Positions 34,141 through 42,630 of a stretch of DNA of 42,630 bases are shown one piece after another; the stretch's first letter is position 1, and the number at the start of each line of letters is the position of its first letter. Both the position numbers and the translations under genes were made by a program. The notes beneath the pieces are model-generated. The model saw only the letters and a list, made by a program, of their open reading frames with translations. It was not told the DNA's origin and ran no database searches. Where the stretch lies: contig CAVPXM010000044.1 of NCBI GenBank assembly GCA_963709405.1, forward strand, positions 1-42,630, written 5' to 3'. The stretch comes from an uncultured Nitrososphaerales archaeon (lineage in GTDB: Archaea > Thermoproteota > Nitrososphaeria > Nitrososphaerales > Nitrososphaeraceae).

Positions 34141-34529
34141 CTCCATTATCTCAGAAAGATTGGGTTTTCAATATTAATTTTAACGATCTCGACAAGAATG
34201 CTATGTATGCGTTGGTTGATTCAAGTCCTATAATTTAGATAAGTTTTATGAGTATTCTAAAAGACGTTTTAAGTAACTGAATTTGAACCGATCAAAATAC
34301 GGAAGATTCGATGGTTAGTAGGAAGAGCCGATTGCCCGCAAAACCATGTATTAATTCATTTTTGTAGGATAGCGAACTAATCATATAACCATCCGCTCAT
34401 CAGGAGCGGATTGCATATGCAGAGGCTACTGGCTTGAATGACGATACATATATGACAGAAAGTGAGTAATATTGGATCCAATTATCCTTATCTAGGAACA
34501 TCCATATAAAAAAAGTAGTAGCTGAGGGC

Positions 34530-35588
34530 TCAGAGTCTTGCTTCAAAGACTAGGTTGAATGGTGTTTGGGTAGCCCGACGGAACCTTGAAAACCCTGCCG
34601 ATTTTACTGTTTCTGCTATTCTTTCTTCACCGGCTTGCGCTCCGAGTGCAGGTCCATTTTCGTTTAAAGACGCAGGAACGCATACTATGGATGATACGGA
34701 GTAGAATAGCCTTCCAAGTGGATTTAAATTGTCCTCTACTTTATCATTGGCAAAAGGTTCTACTAACATCATTGTGCCATCTTTTTTCTTCAACGTTTGC
34801 AGTACATGCCTGGCTGCCCCAGCTGGATCGCCCATGTCGTGGAAGCAATCAAAGAACGCAACCAAGTCATAATCGTCGCCCGGGTAATCTGTCGACTTTG
34901 CAACTTCAAAGCTTATGTTTTGCAATCCTTCTTTTTCTGCCTGCTTCCTAGCCCATTCAATTGAAGGTTTGTGAGAATCAAACCCTATAATTTTTGAATT
35001 GGGGTATGCCTTTGCCATCAGAATTGTTGATACACCATGACCACATCCAACATCTGCTACTTTAGCTCCTTCATTCTTGAGCCTGGATTCAACGTCTTCT
35101 AGCGCTGGAATCCAGCTCGTTGTTAAGTTAGCAACATAGTTCGGTTTAAAGAATCTCTCTGTGCCTTCAAACAAGTAATGATGATGGTCTCCCCATCCAA
35201 GACCTTTTCCAGTCTTAAATGCCTCAATAATTTTTTCCTCGTCTTTGAAAAGACTTACTATGGATTGGTAGAAACCCGCTATATATGCTGGGCTATTCTC
35301 ATCAGTAAGCGCAATAGCCTGTTCTTCTGGAAGCATGTATGTGCCATTAACATGGTTATACGTAACAAAACCTCCAGCAGCTTGACCGGCAAGCCATTCT
35401 TTTATTATTCGTGGATGCGTCCAAGTCTTTTTTGCTAGTTCCTCTGGTGTCAACTCACCTGCTCCTGCCATCGCTTTGAACAATCCAAGCTTGTCGCCAA
35501 CAAAGGTGATTAATGCACCTTCTGCTGCTCCCCATTCATTCACTGCTTTTCCAATAAATTCGTGCAACTTTGTCTCATCTAATACCAT
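34530..35588 (-). CDS. Class I SAM-dependent methyltransferase with N-terminal wHTH (Rv2258c-like)
   Basis: GDKLGLF, EWL..QAAGG, DVGCGHG, FDCFHDMGDP, TPFNLVFEAR. Confidence 0.92.
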   Translation of the reverse strand: MVLDETKLHEFIGKAVNEWGAAEGALITFVGDKLGLFKAMAGAGELTPEELAKKTWTHPRIIKEWLAGQAAGGFVTYNHVNGTYMLPEEQAIALTDENSPAYIAGFYQSIVSLFKDEEKIIEAFKTGKGLGWGDHHHYLFEGTERFFKPNYVANLTTSWIPALEDVESRLKNEGAKVADVGCGHGVSTILMAKAYPNSKIIGFDSHKPSIEWARKQAEKEGLQNISFEVAKSTDYPGDDYDLVAFFDCFHDMGDPAGAARHVLQTLKKKDGTMMLVEPFANDKVEDNLNPLGRLFYSVSSIVCVPASLNENGPALGAQAGEERIAETVKSAGFSRFRRATQTPFNLVFEARL

Positions 35589-36329
35589 TGATATCTGAAC
35601 CTCCTTTAGAATCCATAGCAAGCAGTTATTGTATTTCTTGTTTCATCTTCTTGTTCTTGTCTTTGCATTTCAATCGTTTCTGACGATATTTTTTCTTGTA
35701 TCATGGTATACGGTTAATGTTGTATGCATTATAAATTAATTGCGGGAAGGGGATACCGCATTCTACACGAATTAGTGTGACCATCTCGAGTAACTAGGGG
35801 ATCGAAAATTACTCTTTCGTAATTATAATGAGGTTTATCAATTCCATCTTTCTGAGGCAATCCAATGATGTGATTAAAACAGCAACTTCCTTTTGTTCTT
35901 ATGTCTTCTTGCTTGTGTTCTACAATATTCCATATCCAAAATGGTTTACCCTTCAGTATTTCGCTTAACCGAGATTGCTGCGTGTTGTTGCTAAGCTAAC
36001 TATTTTCTTTAGATCTTTGAACATTGTACATTTACATTAGCCACATTAGAAACTTTCGATTTGCAATACAATTAAACGTATGTTACTTAAGACTAGAATC
36101 TTGGTTGATTTAAGATGTAAGAAGGTAAGAAGAGGGATGATCAATTATCCTCAATAAATATGGAAATGTCAACCATAGATGGCAGACTACAAAAAGTAAC
36201 GGTACTGGGAAGTGGAATTGGTCTGATGATTGGGTTCAAATATGACTATTTGAATGAAAGGATCTTAATCGTCTTCATCCTTCAAATACTATAATTTCAT
36301 TTTGCTTGCATAAAATTCAGAAAACCTGA

Positions 36330-36390
36330 TTTGTTGTCGTCTCACCAGCTTGCTCTTCCTTTGTTGTCGTCTCACCAGCTTGCTCTTCCT
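36330..36390. repeat. 30-bp tandem duplication (EEQAGETTTK)
   Basis: Read directly. Lies in an acidic low-complexity gene remnant. Confidence 0.85.
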
Positions 36391-36902
36391 CTAACTGATC
36401 TTTGTCTTCATCATAATCAGGTTCCTTTGATTCTTCATTATCATCACCTTCATTTGTATTGCCAGAAGATGACCGTTTTAGCTTCTCTTTGGACTTGTTA
36501 GATGATACAAACCTAATACCTGAAATAGATTTGGCTATGTCAAAGTTCGATGTTCTACCGCTCATGTTTCTCACAATACGGCTCTTATTCAAATTGCTTG
36601 ATAGATTCTTACTTAAGACGGAGAAAATGAGAATAGCAAAAGAGATTTTGGAAGGCAAGATATATGATGAACTAGAATACTTTAAGGACGCTCGTTCCAG
36701 TGGCTCTTAAGACCGGTATAGTAATTGCTTGTGATCTTATATAGACCTTCTTACATGTTTAAAATAGTAACAATATGACTTATGGTTATAGAAGTTGCTG
36801 TTGCGGTTGTTCTTGACTGTGTTCAAATTCGCAATAAAATTCAACTCTCTACAAAGGAGCTGATCTTATATACTTCTACTATTATAATTTGTTACTATAG
36901 AT

Positions 36903-37763
36903 ATGAATATATCTAAGGAAACTCCGGCAAGGGAATATATAGATAGCTTTGCGACACAAAAAGCAAAAGTAGATGATATAGAAATAGAATACAAAATACT
37001 TGGCAAAAGAAGTGCTGGCAGTAAGCCACTCATTTTCATACCAGGCTTGAAAGTAACTATGGATATGTGGGAGCCTACAATACTTAGAGAACTTGCGCAG
37101 TCAAACTATAATGTCATAGTCTATAATAATAGAGGTACTGGAAATTCATCCGTCGGAGTAAAAGATTATTCAATTACCCAACTTGCAAATGATGCTGCTG
37201 GTTTGTTAGATGCACTCAACATAGATAAAGTAGATGTTCTTGGCTGGTCAATGGGCTCATATATTGCAGAGGAATTGGCACTCGTGCACCCAAATAAAGT
37301 TAACTGTCTTATCCTATATGGGTCAGGCCCTGGTGGAGACAAAGCTATTCCTTCAAATCCTGAGCTAATGGAAACTTTGAGTAATGTATCTGGTACTCCT
37401 GAAGAGCAAGCAAGGCAAATTCTTTCATATTTTTTCCCTCAAACTTGGCTTCAGAAATATCCAGACTACATAAATCATTTTCCACTACTTAAAGGAACAA
37501 TATCTCTTGAAACAGTACAAAAACAAGCACAAGCAATAATAAAATGGAATGGCATATACAACTCTCCTTCACAGATTGTTCAACCAACTCTAGTTTTGGT
37601 TGGCACAAAAGATATAATCACTACTCCTAAAGCTGCATTATCGCTAGTTGAAAAGATTCCTTTGGTATCACTTGTACAGATAAAAGACGCAGGACATGGA
37701 TGGATGTATCAGTATCCTGAAAAGTTCAGCAAGGTGATCCAGACATTTTTGGATATTAATTAA
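36903..37763 (+). CDS. Alpha/beta fold hydrolase
   Basis: NRGTG, GWSMG, GTKD, AGHG. Confidence 0.92.
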   Translation: MNISKETPAREYIDSFATQKAKVDDIEIEYKILGKRSAGSKPLIFIPGLKVTMDMWEPTILRELAQSNYNVIVYNNRGTGNSSVGVKDYSITQLANDAAGLLDALNIDKVDVLGWSMGSYIAEELALVHPNKVNCLILYGSGPGGDKAIPSNPELMETLSNVSGTPEEQARQILSYFFPQTWLQKYPDYINHFPLLKGTISLETVQKQAQAIIKWNGIYNSPSQIVQPTLVLVGTKDIITTPKAALSLVEKIPLVSLVQIKDAGHGWMYQYPEKFSKVIQTFLDIN

Positions 37764-38113
37764 ACAATAGCGCCAATTCAAACACAATTGCCTACATTGA
37801 CAGCAATATCCTCGGATCTATACGTTTTGAGGGTGCAAACTTACCGGAGTTTATGTATTGATGAATCTCTGCATCCGATAAGCCTTTTTTTGTGAGCCAC
37901 CGCTTACCAGGTTTTGTAGATCATTCGTGGCCTGTGTCAAAATATTTGCTTTAGTGTTAGTGTCATCAACTCTCGTCACTTGCCTTTGATGTAGCTGGCC
38001 CCGTCGTAAGGGGCTTGGGAATCTGGATTTAATGACTAAAATCTGACGTTTTACTTGTATTCACTGGATGTAATTACTGGGTAACTTCAACAGTTACACT
38101 ATTATCATCGTCA

Positions 38114-38629
38114 CTACCGCTCGCCATCATCACCATATATATCATCGTCACTACCGCTGCCATCACCATTATTACCATGCCCATGATGCTGATTGTTATT
38201 ACTGCTGGTACTGTGATGACCATTATCGTTACCACCACCATCACTACCATGATTATGATGTTGATTGTTATTACTGCTGGTACTGTGATGACCATTATCG
38301 TTACCACCACCATCACTACCATGATTATGATGTTGATTGTTATTACTGCTGGTACTGTGATGACCATTATCGTTACCACCACCATCACTACCATGATTAT
38401 GATGTTGATTGTTATTACTGCTGGTACTGTGATATTGGGGTTGATTATCAGTGTTATCAGAAGATCCTGGTGAAGTTGGTGTAATGGGAGGATAAGAAGA
38501 TGAATTGGGGCTATTTCCTGCGACCTTTGCATACAACGGAGCGGCGAGATTATGTGGTAATATAGATGCAAAAAATAATACCACTAGCGTTAGCATAAGT
38601 AATTTTCCATTTATAAAGATGTGAGTCAA
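38114..38629 (-). CDS. Secreted His/Asn/Gly-rich repeat protein
   Basis: Signal peptide followed by HSTSSNNNQHHNHGSDGGGNDNGH repeats. Confidence 0.65.
   Translation of the reverse strand: MTHIFINGKLLMLTLVVLFFASILPHNLAAPLYAKVAGNSPNSSSYPPITPTSPGSSDNTDNQPQYHSTSSNNNQHHNHGSDGGGNDNGHHSTSSNNNQHHNHGSDGGGNDNGHHSTSSNNNQHHNHGSDGGGNDNGHHSTSSNNNQHHGHGNNGDGSGSDDDIYGDDGER
38190..38433. repeat. 72-bp perfect tandem repeat x~3.4
   Basis: Period 72 (CTGTGATGACC at 38211, 38283, 38355). Confidence 0.92.
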
Positions 38630-38821
38630 ATCTTATATCTTAAAGTTGGTATTATTATATGTGTATTAAGACACTTGTGTAGACCATAATAAACTTGCTA
38701 TTTATTACAAAACACACTTTGATAAAAAACATTCTAGCTCAAGATCACATCAATTATCTATCCGGTTTAGTGTGCTCTTCGCTTAACGATATTTCATATA
38801 ATCTCAATTGATCATATTACC

Positions 38822-39031
38822 TTGTCTAGTTCATCGAAGAAATCGCTAGCAGTGTTAGGAACTGTGGCAATAAGTCAGATCTTACAGACATCCATGGCAC
38901 AGACTACTGCCGGTCAAATAGGTCAAAAAGTTGGAGAAGCGGCTAAATCTATGGCAGGAAAAGTTATGAGTGGTAATCAGACAGCTAATCAAGCAGTTGG
39001 TGGAGGACTCAAAAGTAAGGTAGGCAGTTAA
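38822..39031 (+). CDS. Small secreted hypothetical protein
   Basis: Signal-like N-terminus and NQT motif. Confidence 0.5.
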   Translation: MSSSSKKSLAVLGTVAISQILQTSMAQTTAGQIGQKVGEAAKSMAGKVMSGNQTANQAVGGGLKSKVGS

Positions 39032-39277
39032 TGAAACATTTCCTCATTCTTTTATTTGCTACTACTACAAACCCGACAATAACTGAAATTGTAAGATAAT
39101 TATTGGTAATAGTATCGATCTTTGCAGATTACTTGACAGGTTATTAATATCAAAAGTGGAATTAATCTATTTGTTTTCTAGGTAATGCTGAAATAGTATC
39201 TGAATCACTTATTATTGTAAACATCCAGTGAGATATGAAAATTGTCAGTAGTAGATCAAATTTACTATATAAAACAC

Positions 39278-39570
39278 AGAATAAATCTTCATCCAGCTAA
39301 ACAAGTATACCGTCCTTATGATTATGACCGTGTTGTTGACAGAAAGAATGATATCATATATCATGACAGAACAGAATTTGATGAATTTGTTGCAGTTCTA
39401 GTATCAGATTACGCATTACTAGCAAAGTCTCTAATAAAATTAGCCGAAGAGAATGATGTAAGCAAAGAGGCATTACAAAAGATTTTGAAGGAGAAAACTA
39501 ACGCTATTTTTCCTGCAACTGGCAAGAAGGGAAGATGTGATGATTTAGTGAAGGGTAGAGTAGATGTTGA
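39278..39570 (+). pseudogene. Patatin-family C-terminal fragment, paralog of 17146-17868
   Basis: INLHPAKQ..D.D...DR.NDI.Y.DR vs INLHPSKQ..DHDGIKDRQNDITYFDR. Confidence 0.75.
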
Positions 39571-39999
39571 TCCTATTCCACTCCTTTTTGCCATATTTTC
39601 TAGACTCCCGTAAAAATTCTCAAATAGAAGTCTCCGACTACTAGTTAAAGGTGTATAAAACAAAAACTATGACGCTTTATATAGGATTATTCTTGATTGC
39701 TCCAACAGATACACTCTCTCTACTAATCTACCAAGTTGTTATAGGCACCACCGTTGGCATACGTGTCCGATACTATCGTCACTCCGATATTCATTTACGT
39801 CGCCAATCTGTCCATTCTCTAGTGATTTTTTATTCTCTATATCTGCATTTTTTGACCCTAGTTCCATTATACCAGAACAATATGCTCTTATAGATTTAAC
39901 ATACTATTTTGGTCATTTCCATTCTCTCGTTAAAATATATTTTGTAATAACCGGTACTCGATGATACAGGTTCTTAATTCATTGAATGAAATGTAATGA

Positions 40000-40550
40000 A
40001 TCTGTATTGGAACAACTGCTTTAATTCTCTAACTTGCTTTTTTAAATCTTCTTTCTCTTGATCAATTTGGGGATTATCCGGTATAGTATCAATTGTAGGA
40101 AATGTTTCTACTTCTTGTTTTTGTTGTTCTAACTCTTCTCTTAACTTATGAATTTCATCGTCTTTCTCCTTAAGGAGTGTATGCGCTATTTGTAGCGGAT
40201 CAGGTTCATTTTTTGATTCAAATATGGTAGTATTGCCACTAGAAGACTTCTTCTGGAACCATCTGTGACGACACGGTCACACATTCTTCTACAACGTTCT
40301 TCCTCTCTTTTGATCTGCTTTTTCCTTTGCAGATTGTTTAGCCTTATCCTTAAATTCGTCTGGAATATTGTTTTGAATAGTCGTTTTAGACCAGATATCA
40401 ATTAGGTCTTTTTTTATTCTGTCTCGTATGTCCTCATTGCTAAGAAATGCATCTTCATTCTTTAATGCATAACATAGCTGAGGGATAAACTCTTTTGCCT
40501 TAGCCTGATGCTCTCTCTTTATCTGTCGCAATAATTGCATCATAGGATAT
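40000..40550 (-). pseudogene. Frameshifted coiled-coil hypothetical protein
   Basis: IPQLCYAL..EDIRDRIKKD..IWSK.TI...IPDEFKD. Coding-like sequence continues in other frames. Confidence 0.5.
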
Positions 40551-40599
40551 CTTTTTATTCTCCGTTTGATTAAAGTCTTCTGCTGTAACCATAACAGCA

Positions 40600-40619
40600 T
40601 TTATGCGGGCCCGCATAAA
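40600..40619. promoter_or_regulatory. Perfect 20-bp palindrome TTTATGCGGGCCCGCATAAA
   Basis: Read directly. Function unknown. Confidence 0.6.
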
Positions 40620-40860
40620 ATAAAAAAAATTTTTCTTTTTCTATGAATATATACGATTAAAAGATTTATACCAGAACCTAATGGAATGGCAAAGTTATAC
40701 CAATAACAAGGAGATCAGCAATTATAACCTGAAGGTACTGAATGGAGAACTTCTCGATTTGATACAAATCGTGCTAGAAAAGAATATAGTGGAATAAGTA
40801 TACCACTAGTCCAATAAGACATTATAGGTAGCTCGTAAATGTATTAAGATATCTTTCTCC

Positions 40861-41460
40861 CTAGGGCTGAATTGTTTGTCCTAGGCCGAGTTTTACATTT
40901 AAAGGATTAGAATAATTAGCACTCTTGGTTGAGTCGGTAAACATTACAGACGCCGTAATATTCTTTATTGTGCTATCTGCTAGAGTAGTTGCAAGTTGTA
41001 CTTTGCCACCAGTAACATTAAGTTTTATGCCACTAGGGAACGAAGTGGTCTTTAGTAACGTCCCATTAATGGCATAGACTTTCATGACTGCATTTTGTAT
41101 CCTGTCTATAGATACTATAGATGGCATAACAGTATAGAGGACTATGACTTTAACTTGGTGTAGTTGGCTATTATTGGTCAGAGGCATAAAATGTGCATAC
41201 CATAATTTTATAGATACCGGATTACCTTCACCTGCTACTGCATAAGCAATATTGTCGTTATCGAGAGGATTACCTCCACCTAACTTTAGTGGGTAGGGCA
41301 GCAACTGTAGTGAAATAAGAGACACGGCAGTCAGAACTGCAAATACTTTTCCAATCGTTGTGGTAAGTCCTTTTATATCTCTTATTTCATTAAAATTGAC
41401 AATTGTCCTACCACCTAGGAATTTGTTTGTGTACTCTACTGATTGCGCTAGCATGTGCAC
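40861..41460 (-). CDS. Secreted/membrane hypothetical protein
   Basis: TM segment followed by a beta-rich domain. Confidence 0.65.
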   Translation of the reverse strand: MHMLAQSVEYTNKFLGGRTIVNFNEIRDIKGLTTTIGKVFAVLTAVSLISLQLLPYPLKLGGGNPLDNDNIAYAVAGEGNPVSIKLWYAHFMPLTNNSQLHQVKVIVLYTVMPSIVSIDRIQNAVMKVYAINGTLLKTTSFPSGIKLNVTGGKVQLATTLADSTIKNITASVMFTDSTKSANYSNPLNVKLGLGQTIQP

Positions 41461-41874
41461 CTTTTTAGCATGAACAAATATCTATAAAAACATGATTTTT
41501 GCTTTGAATATTGCTAATACCTTTGCTACCAGTGGAATAGTGCTTGTTTTGTGGCTGTAGAAAGATATCCCTTTCACAATCAGCAATTTCAGTGAAAAAT
41601 GTTTGTTATTCTTATATACCGTTGTATATAAGTGCTTAAGATACGAGCAGGTCATAAAAGTCTTACATGTCAAAACAGAAAATCCTAAATATACTGACGC
41701 TGCACCGAAAGTGCTTTTGCTACTCTCATTCTCTCAGTCTTAAGTAAAAACCGATCAACTAATTTAAACAATAGACGGATTGTGAAAAGGGCTCTGCGAA
41801 TAATTAGTGCCGTGCGGTGTAGACAGTTAAAACAGCCCATTCGTACTTAAACAAGGGTTTTAGAAATTCACGTT

Positions 41875-42441
41875 TTATTTGTGAATAAGTATATTTAGAT
41901 TACAATGCAGTGGAGTAACGCCAGCAGAAGTGGAGGAGCATTTTGCTTCATTATCAATCACAACTTTTCTGATAGTTAGATCTTGCTCATTATTACTATT
42001 AATTATAGACGTTATTTTATGGACGGCATTAGCAATTTGGGCAGCAGCTAAAGATTTGGTCGTTTCAAGGCTGCTTGATCGAGATGTTGAATTATCAATT
42101 TCATTTGTAATCAATGCATTTAGATTTGTTGCAGTATTGTTTACATCAGCTTTTTGTGGAATACCAATTGCACCGTAAATTTGACTTATGACTGCCTTTT
42201 TTATCATTGGCAATTTCGAACTTAAGAGCGCATTGCTGCCCTCTATGATATAAGAAGTATGAGTAGTCGTTGTATTTGGCTCAGAATTAATGGTTGTGCT
42301 GTTATTAGATGCAAGTTCTCTTGGAATTACCTGAGCAAAAATTTGAGGAACGCTATTGAAATATGAGTAATTGTATCCACCCATAATCAAAATAAGGATT
42401 CCTAATAAAACCAGCCCTTTTTTTAAGTTATTGTTGTCCAT
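41875..42441 (-). CDS. Secreted hypothetical protein
   Basis: Signal peptide and C-terminal Cys pair. Confidence 0.7.
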   Translation of the reverse strand: MDNNNLKKGLVLLGILILIMGGYNYSYFNSVPQIFAQVIPRELASNNSTTINSEPNTTTTHTSYIIEGSNALLSSKLPMIKKAVISQIYGAIGIPQKADVNNTATNLNALITNEIDNSTSRSSSLETTKSLAAAQIANAVHKITSIINSNNEQDLTIRKVVIDNEAKCSSTSAGVTPLHCNLNILIHK

Positions 42442-42630
42442 TGATCTTACCGGGTGATAATTAAGAAATTCATAGTAATAACCTTATCGGGTTAAACTTT
42501 TCTGACTATAAGTAGAGGAATATTTTGCTAATCTAAGAATTTTTTCCAGCAGGAGAATCAAATTCAAAACAAGGCTTACTCGCAAATCAGATTTTGCGAA
42601 TGGGTCGCCACTAAAGGTATCTACAATGGT

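Noticed and set aside
38190-38433. CRISPR array
   Set aside because: Units are identical with no unique spacers and are in-frame coding repeats. The same applies to 29938-30037 and 1172-1217.
379-42178. Numerous short antisense/overlapping ORFs (e.g. 379-609, 3993-4331, 12698-13033, 34586-34951, 38074-38571, 38177-38473, 41930-42178)
   Set aside because: They are shadows of better-supported genes or repeats.
1-42630. tRNA/rRNA genes or a tRNA-anchored att site
   Set aside because: No cloverleaf or rRNA-like sequence recognised by eye.

Overview
AT-rich, heavily decayed accessory region. Its protein families point to a soil ammonia-oxidising archaeon (Nitrososphaeraceae-like); this is inferred, not searched. 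Intact or nearly intact genes include a VOC protein, DEDDh exonuclease, class III cyclase, class C beta-lactamase-like hydrolase, three alpha/beta hydrolases, an SDR, a DinG/XPD helicase, a SAM methyltransferase and many secreted proteins. They are interleaved with IS481 (IRs and 6-bp TSD visible), IS110, IS5 and IS3/IS481-type remnants and several frameshifted genes (RelA/SpoT-like, patatin, PNPOx). The most notable feature is a hidden layer not shown by the ORF track. It comprises six copies of a ~90-150 bp non-coding element ending in a GGCGCGCC-type palindrome, four fragments of a primase/PriX-like gene (two fit together codon-exactly across a 1.9-kb insert), and fragments of a putative Rep-like gene carrying 9-bp TGACA repeats. 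Together these look like the remains of a lineage-specific mobile element that shuffles secreted and hydrolase cargo.
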